DNA of 64,000 bases from Octopus sinensis (lineage: Eukaryota), in the NCBI RefSeq assembly GCF_006345805.1, contig NC_043002.1:109244001-109308000 (forward strand), in the 5' to 3' direction. Under the pieces are notes generated by a model. It was not told the DNA's origin and made no database searches. It was given only the letters and a program-made list of their open reading frames with translations. Both the position numbers and the translations under genes were made by a program. Below are positions 58,300-64,000 of this stretch, in pieces (position 1 is the first letter of the stretch; each line of letters starts with the position of its first letter).

Positions 58300-61200
58300 T
58301 GAGAAATATGCAGGAAAGCATTTTCTGAAAAATCTATCATGTTAATTCATAAATGCTCTCATACTGGAGAAAAACCATATCACTGTGAAGTTTGTGGCAA
58401 GGAATTTTCCAATAGTGGCAGCTTAAAAGGACATATACATATACACACTGGAGAGAAATCACATCACTGTGAAATCTGTGGTAAAGCATTTCCTAACTTG
58501 AGGTGTTTAATAAGGCATAATCGTACTCATACTGGGGAATAACCATACAGCTGTGTTATTTGTGGGAAATCATTTCATCACAGTGATTATATATCTACTC
58601 ATAAATGTACTTTTAATGATGGAGATAAACCTTACCACTGACTTTTGTAGGAAAGCATATTATAAAACCATTTTGTTGTGATATTTGTATTAAAGAATTT
58701 ATGTATATGAATATTATTAAATTATTATAATTGTTTACAATATGTTTAGTGTATTTTTTGGAAGTTGTAAATTTTTTCATTTTTAATGTTACTTGTTAGG
58801 TCACATGTATCATATGATATGGTTAGAGTGAGAAAACCGTTGTTACTATTACTACTACTAGTGGCAATGCAACAGAATTAGGGAGACATACAACACTCCA
58901 TCCACTGCACACAGTTACCTGGCTGCTGTTGAAGAGATAGTATCAAAGTGTAGAAAGGAGTCAGGACTAAATACAAGGCCATCATGGAGAATGATGCAAA
59001 TTGGGATGTGCCCCCTTTACACAAGTAAATCCTGGAATAGCATGGAAAGGACGAAGATAGGTAGGTAAGGCCAACTAACTCATGGTATAATAACTAAAAC
59101 TACCAGAGTATTATGTTTGTTGATGCTACCCCTGTACGTGAACTAGCATATGTTTTTGGGAAAACCTTAGATAAGAAGAATCTCTGGATTAAAGTAATAG
59201 AAAGGCCAGGGATCTCCATAAAATACCAGATCTGTAAAACATCCATTTGAATGAACCACCTTTAAGGAGAGCAACAGTATTGTGTTTAGGATGAACCCAC
59301 GGATAAACTGTAAAGTGAGGAATGTAGCTTAAAATATAAAGTGTAGTGAGGTATGGAAGAGAAAGAGGATATGACATACACAGGTGGAAGGTGAAGGAGA
59401 GAAGCTCATCAGCGCTCTACCAACATGCTCAATTAGGACATGAAGGCATGGTTAATAACAGATGTTAACATATGAACACATAGATCAGACAATATGGAGG
59501 CCACACATGCAGTAGTAGACTGACTGAGAAAACGTGAATGGAATAACATCAGCTCCACTCCACCACACTGCACAACCTGATGATGAAAAAGAGAATGAGG
59601 AGAAGAAAGACTGAAGGAGCTCCATCTCTCAAACATTGTAATTCTCAGAGTAGTTCTGTGGAAATATCACTGCAACCAACTCCATTGTGCTAACTGTTTC
59701 TTCCCATTCCACCATGCACACACACACAGGCTAAGACCTAAAATACCTCAGTCTGCTGCAAACTTACCAAGGCCAATAATTCTAACAAAGTCGCTTAAGT
59801 TACCTTCTGTCAGTGCCCCACACAAATATTTTCCATTCTCACCGAACTCTACCCGTCAGTCTTTTGCTCTCTGTCTTTCTGCGTGTATCCTGATTAATGT
59901 TTAACCTTCTGATCCTGATGATATATAACTAATTCTAAAAGAAAAGCCGCAAACTATTACCACTTCGCAAATGCTCAGACATGTACTGCGAACTAGCAAA
60001 CTTTGGTTACAACTGATTAAAATGATGCTTCTATATTCTACACAAGTGAGACTTCTCTTGATGTAATTTTTTTCCTTCTATCCACTCCAGTAACCCTGTA
60101 TCAATTTGTCCTCACTCTAAATAAACTTTTGTTTCCGAAAGAATTCTTAGTCGTAACTAATCAGAAAAATGTCTTCAGCAAGTGTTGTACACAATCTTCT
60201 ACAAATGAACTGGCCATCTCTAGAGGTGTATAGCAATGGAGATTGCTATATGAATATAAGGCTCTGAGGTCATCAGTTTAGTGATGGTATGTTGATACCA
60301 CCACCTTACCGTTTTTCGTTGGTTATTACTTTTACAAAAGTTGTTCTCGTGTTGGGTCGACTCCATGATTGTTTGTTGAAAGTTACGAGGTGGGTAAAAT
60401 GGATCATGTGAATTTTCCAACAGTCCTCACCCCACCCATGTTCGTTTGTGCAATTTTTTTGTTTGCATTCGTTTTCTGCAGTATTTAACATCAAGCAGGC
60501 TGCTTTATTTTTATTTTTATTTTTTTCATTAACGTAAGTCAATCTTCATATTGACCATTTTAGGGTTTGGGTTACGTAGATGCATCGAGACCTCTGTACT
60601 TAAGTAAGGACCCCTTTCTTTGGTCCAGAAAACGGGATGGGGTGCATCCCTCGGAAGTTTCACCTCAGTCCCATCCTCATTGGGAAGTACACTTGCATGA
60701 TTTTCACTAAGGGGGAGAAAAAACGAGATTTTTGGCAGCAAATCCCATATTTTTGTTTGGAAAAAAAAAGTGGTGGGAATCATTACTCTTTTACTTGTTT
60801 GTCATTTGACTGTGGCCATGCTGGAGCACTACCTTTAGTCGAGCAAATTGCCTCCAGGCCTTATTCTTTGTAAGCCAAGTACTTATTCTGTCAGTCTCTT
60901 TTGCAGAACTGCTAAGTTACGAGGACGTAAACACACCAGCATCAGTTGTCAAGCAATTTTGGGGGCACAAACACAGACACATACATATATACATATACAA
61001 TGGGCTTTTTTCAGTTTTCGTCTACCAAATCCATTCACAAGGATTTGGTCGGCCCGGGGCTATAGAAGAAGACACTTGTCCAAGGTGCCACGCAGTGGAA
61101 ATTTTTTTTTGCCATTGAATGAATTACGGTGGCATATTAGGTCACTGTAATTGATTCAATGATAAAAAAACTGTTTTTTTGGTCTGGAAACAGGGTGGGG

Positions 61201-61717
61201 TGGGGTTGAAACTTAGGAAATTTTATTCCCTACCCCACTCCCAACGCTTTACATAAATACATTTTCCAGCGTGTGGATTATGCGGTTCGTTCTTAAATAT
61301 ATAGAGAATTTGAATTCATATTCCTTTATTTTTTTGTTTTTATTGTCATTTGACTGCGGCCATGCTGGAGCACCATCTTTAGTCGAACAAATTGACTTCA
61401 GAACTTACTCTCTGTAAGCCTAGCACTTATTTTAGCAGTTTCTTTTGCTGAACCGCTAAGTTACGGGAATGTAAACGCACAAACATCAGTTGTCAAGTGA
61501 TGGTGGGAGGACAAACACACACATATATATGACAGGCTTCTTTCAGTTTCCGTCTACCAAATCTACTCACAAGGCTTTGGTTGGCCCGAGGCTATAGTAG
61601 AAGACACTTACTTAAAGTGCCATGCAGTGGGACTGAATGCGGAACCGAGTGAATTTATATTGTGTGTATTTTATGCTGAAAATGTTTTTTCTATAGTTGT
61701 AGTGTAAGCATATGTAA

Positions 61718-61749
<32 letters not shown>

Positions 61750-61867
61750 GCACACATACATACGAAACATAGCCATATGTATGCATGCATGCACACATAC
61801 GGCTATGTTTCGCCTCCCAGTCAAAACAAAAGAGTGCCTATGTGCCTATAGGCAATCATTACCTATA

Positions 61868-61917
<50 letters not shown>

Positions 61918-62498
61918 AGTGTGTGGATGTATATGTAGATAAGAAAGGGTTAATGTTTACAATATTACCTGGAAACAAATTAAACAAGAAACAGGGCTGT
62001 AAAAGCCTTGCCAAAACTGCCTCACCATTGCTTCTGCCATGTAAAAAGCACAAAGACCACTCTGCTGAGTAGTTGGTGTTAGAAAGGGCATCCAGCTGTA
62101 GAAACCATACCGAAACAGACAATGGAGCCTGATGGGGGCCCTGCTGGTACCTGTCAAACTATCCATCCCTTGCCAGGGTCAAAAACAGATATTAAATAAT
62201 AATGATAAGGACTTAGGGAATATTCTATTAATCCTGAACAGAGACAACATAAATAAAAGTTGTGATTGTGAGATATTGTTGAGAATAGTTAATCATATAC
62301 CACACAAACAGCTATTCATTTCACAACTTTTTGGTTGTTAGTATCTAAGATATATTTTATTTTCTTTCAGGACATATTTCCATTGGAAAGAAGATTATCT
62401 GCAGAGGATACTGTAAATCTGCTGTGTTCGGATAGAGATTTATCAACCAATTTATGTCTTCAGAATAAAAGAATAAAACTGAAAATTTAACTGAGAGA

Positions 62499-63527
62499 AT
62501 GTCTGAGGAAGTGAGCAAACATTACGAATGCAGTATTTGTGGCAAACTACTTAGTACAACACGTAATTTAGCTATTCACAGGCGCACCCATACTGGAGAA
62601 AAGCCATACAGCTGTGAAGTATGCAAGAAAGCATTCTCTGTTAAAACTTATTTAACAGAACACAAACGTACACATACAGGGGAAAAGCCATTTCACTGTG
62701 AAATATGTGGAAAATCATTTTCTAGTAAAGGTTACATAAAGATACACAAACGTACTCACACAGGAGAGAAACCATTTCATTGTGAAATCTGTGGCAAAGC
62801 ATTTTCGCTGTTTTGTAGTGTAAGAATTCATCAGCTTATTCACACTGGAGAAAAACAATTCCATTGTGAAATCTGTGGCAAAACATTTTCTCAAGTTGGT
62901 AATTTATCAAGACATAAGCGTACTCACACTGGGGAGGAAACATACAAGTGTGATGACTGTGGGAAAGCTTTTTCTACTGCAAGTGCCTGTGAAATACACA
63001 GAGGTGTGCACTCAAAACCTTACCACTGTGAAATCTGTGATAAAGCATTTTCTATAAAATACTCTTTAACAATACACAAACGTCTTCATACTGGAGAGAA
63101 GCCATATCCTTGTGACATATGTGGGAAAGGGTTTACAAACAGAGGTACCTTAATGAGGCATAAACATAGTCACACAGGAGAAAAACGACACCACTGTGAA
63201 ATCTGTGGGAAAGCATTTCCTCAAAAATATGGACTAACATTACACAAACGTATTCACACAGGAGAGAAACCATATCGGTGTGAAATTTGTGGAAAAGACT
63301 TTTCTGATAGTAGCAGCTTAAAAAGTCACAAACGTATTCATACTGGAGAAAAACCGTACTCCTGTGAAATCTGTGGGAAGGCATTTTCTGTAAATGGTAG
63401 TTTAAAAAGACACAGACGTACTCACACAGGAGAGAGACCATATCACTGTTTAATATGTGGACAAAAGTTTTCACTTAAGACCAGCTTAACAATACATAAC
63501 CGTATTCATACAGGAGAAAAGCCATAA
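62499..63527 (+). CDS. Poly-C2H2 zinc-finger protein B' (identical to B)
   Basis: Translation identical to 6220-7248. Confidence 0.88.
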   Translation: MSEEVSKHYECSICGKLLSTTRNLAIHRRTHTGEKPYSCEVCKKAFSVKTYLTEHKRTHTGEKPFHCEICGKSFSSKGYIKIHKRTHTGEKPFHCEICGKAFSLFCSVRIHQLIHTGEKQFHCEICGKTFSQVGNLSRHKRTHTGEETYKCDDCGKAFSTASACEIHRGVHSKPYHCEICDKAFSIKYSLTIHKRLHTGEKPYPCDICGKGFTNRGTLMRHKHSHTGEKRHHCEICGKAFPQKYGLTLHKRIHTGEKPYRCEICGKDFSDSSSLKSHKRIHTGEKPYSCEICGKAFSVNGSLKRHRRTHTGERPYHCLICGQKFSLKTSLTIHNRIHTGEKP

Positions 63528-64000
63528 ATAATGTGAGATATGTGGGAAAGCATTTCTGAAAAATCTGTCCTATTATTTCATAAATGCACTCATCCTGGTT
63601 AAAAACCATATCACTGTGAAGTTTGTGGGAAGAAATTTTCATGTAGTGGCAGGTTAAAAAAACATACACACACTGGCAATCTGCAAAATCTGTGGCAAAA
63701 CATTTCCTAAATTGAGGTGTTTAATAAGACACAAGCGTACTCATACTGGGGTAAAACTGTGTTAATTATGGGAAATCATTTACTCGCAGTGATTATGTAT
63801 GTATTCATAAATGTATTGGTAATGATGGAGATAAACCTTACTACTGACTTTTGTAAGCACAGCACAGTTGGCCATCTTGCGAGCCATGAACTCACTTTAT
63901 TTGTCGCGTCTTCACAGTCACAGCATATCTCCAGAGGTCTTGGTCTTTTGTCATTGCCTCTGTGAGACCCAACGTTCGAAGGTCATGCTTGACCACCTCA

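Larger units (their letters stand above)
56268..64000 (+). repeat. Near-identical duplicate of window 1-7721
   Basis: Offset 56,267 (56,279 after two microsatellite expansions); one SNP seen (C5371/T61638). Confidence 0.97.

Overview
AT-rich metazoan DNA whose SINE, MITE and Helitron families and clustered poly-C2H2 genes point to an octopus genome (inference). The window is a tandem cluster of effector-less C2H2 zinc-finger genes. Each has one large coding exon and a non-coding first exon. Five distinct paralogs are present: A 917-2032+, B 6220-7248+, C 14309-15340+, D 27010-28965- and E 47220-48329+. Near-identical second copies of A and B occur because 1-7721 is repeated at 56268-64000 (offset 56,267). 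Main observations: (1) a paralogous promoter module, CACGTGAC-spacer-CCAATAGAATT, has exactly 11 nt between E-box and CCAAT in three copies, followed by YY1- or ETS-like sites and a GT donor; gene B has no such module and may share A's first exon; (2) A, B, C and E stop at the same homologous point, leaving four fossil fingers in the 3'UTR that are still coding in D; (3) D has a near-perfect 582-bp, 7-finger internal duplication; (4) recognition helices differ strongly between paralogs, whereas the fossil tail of A is nearly unchanged relative to D; (5) decayed fingers also lie in the intron upstream of the coding exon. The spacers contain RTE and CR1 LINE fragments, two Helitron-type elements, a mariner deletion derivative, a rearranged Merlin (IS1595-like) transposase, a probable Chapaev-type remnant, many SINEs and many long fold-back inverted repeats. 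A 100-N gap lies at 18092-18191.
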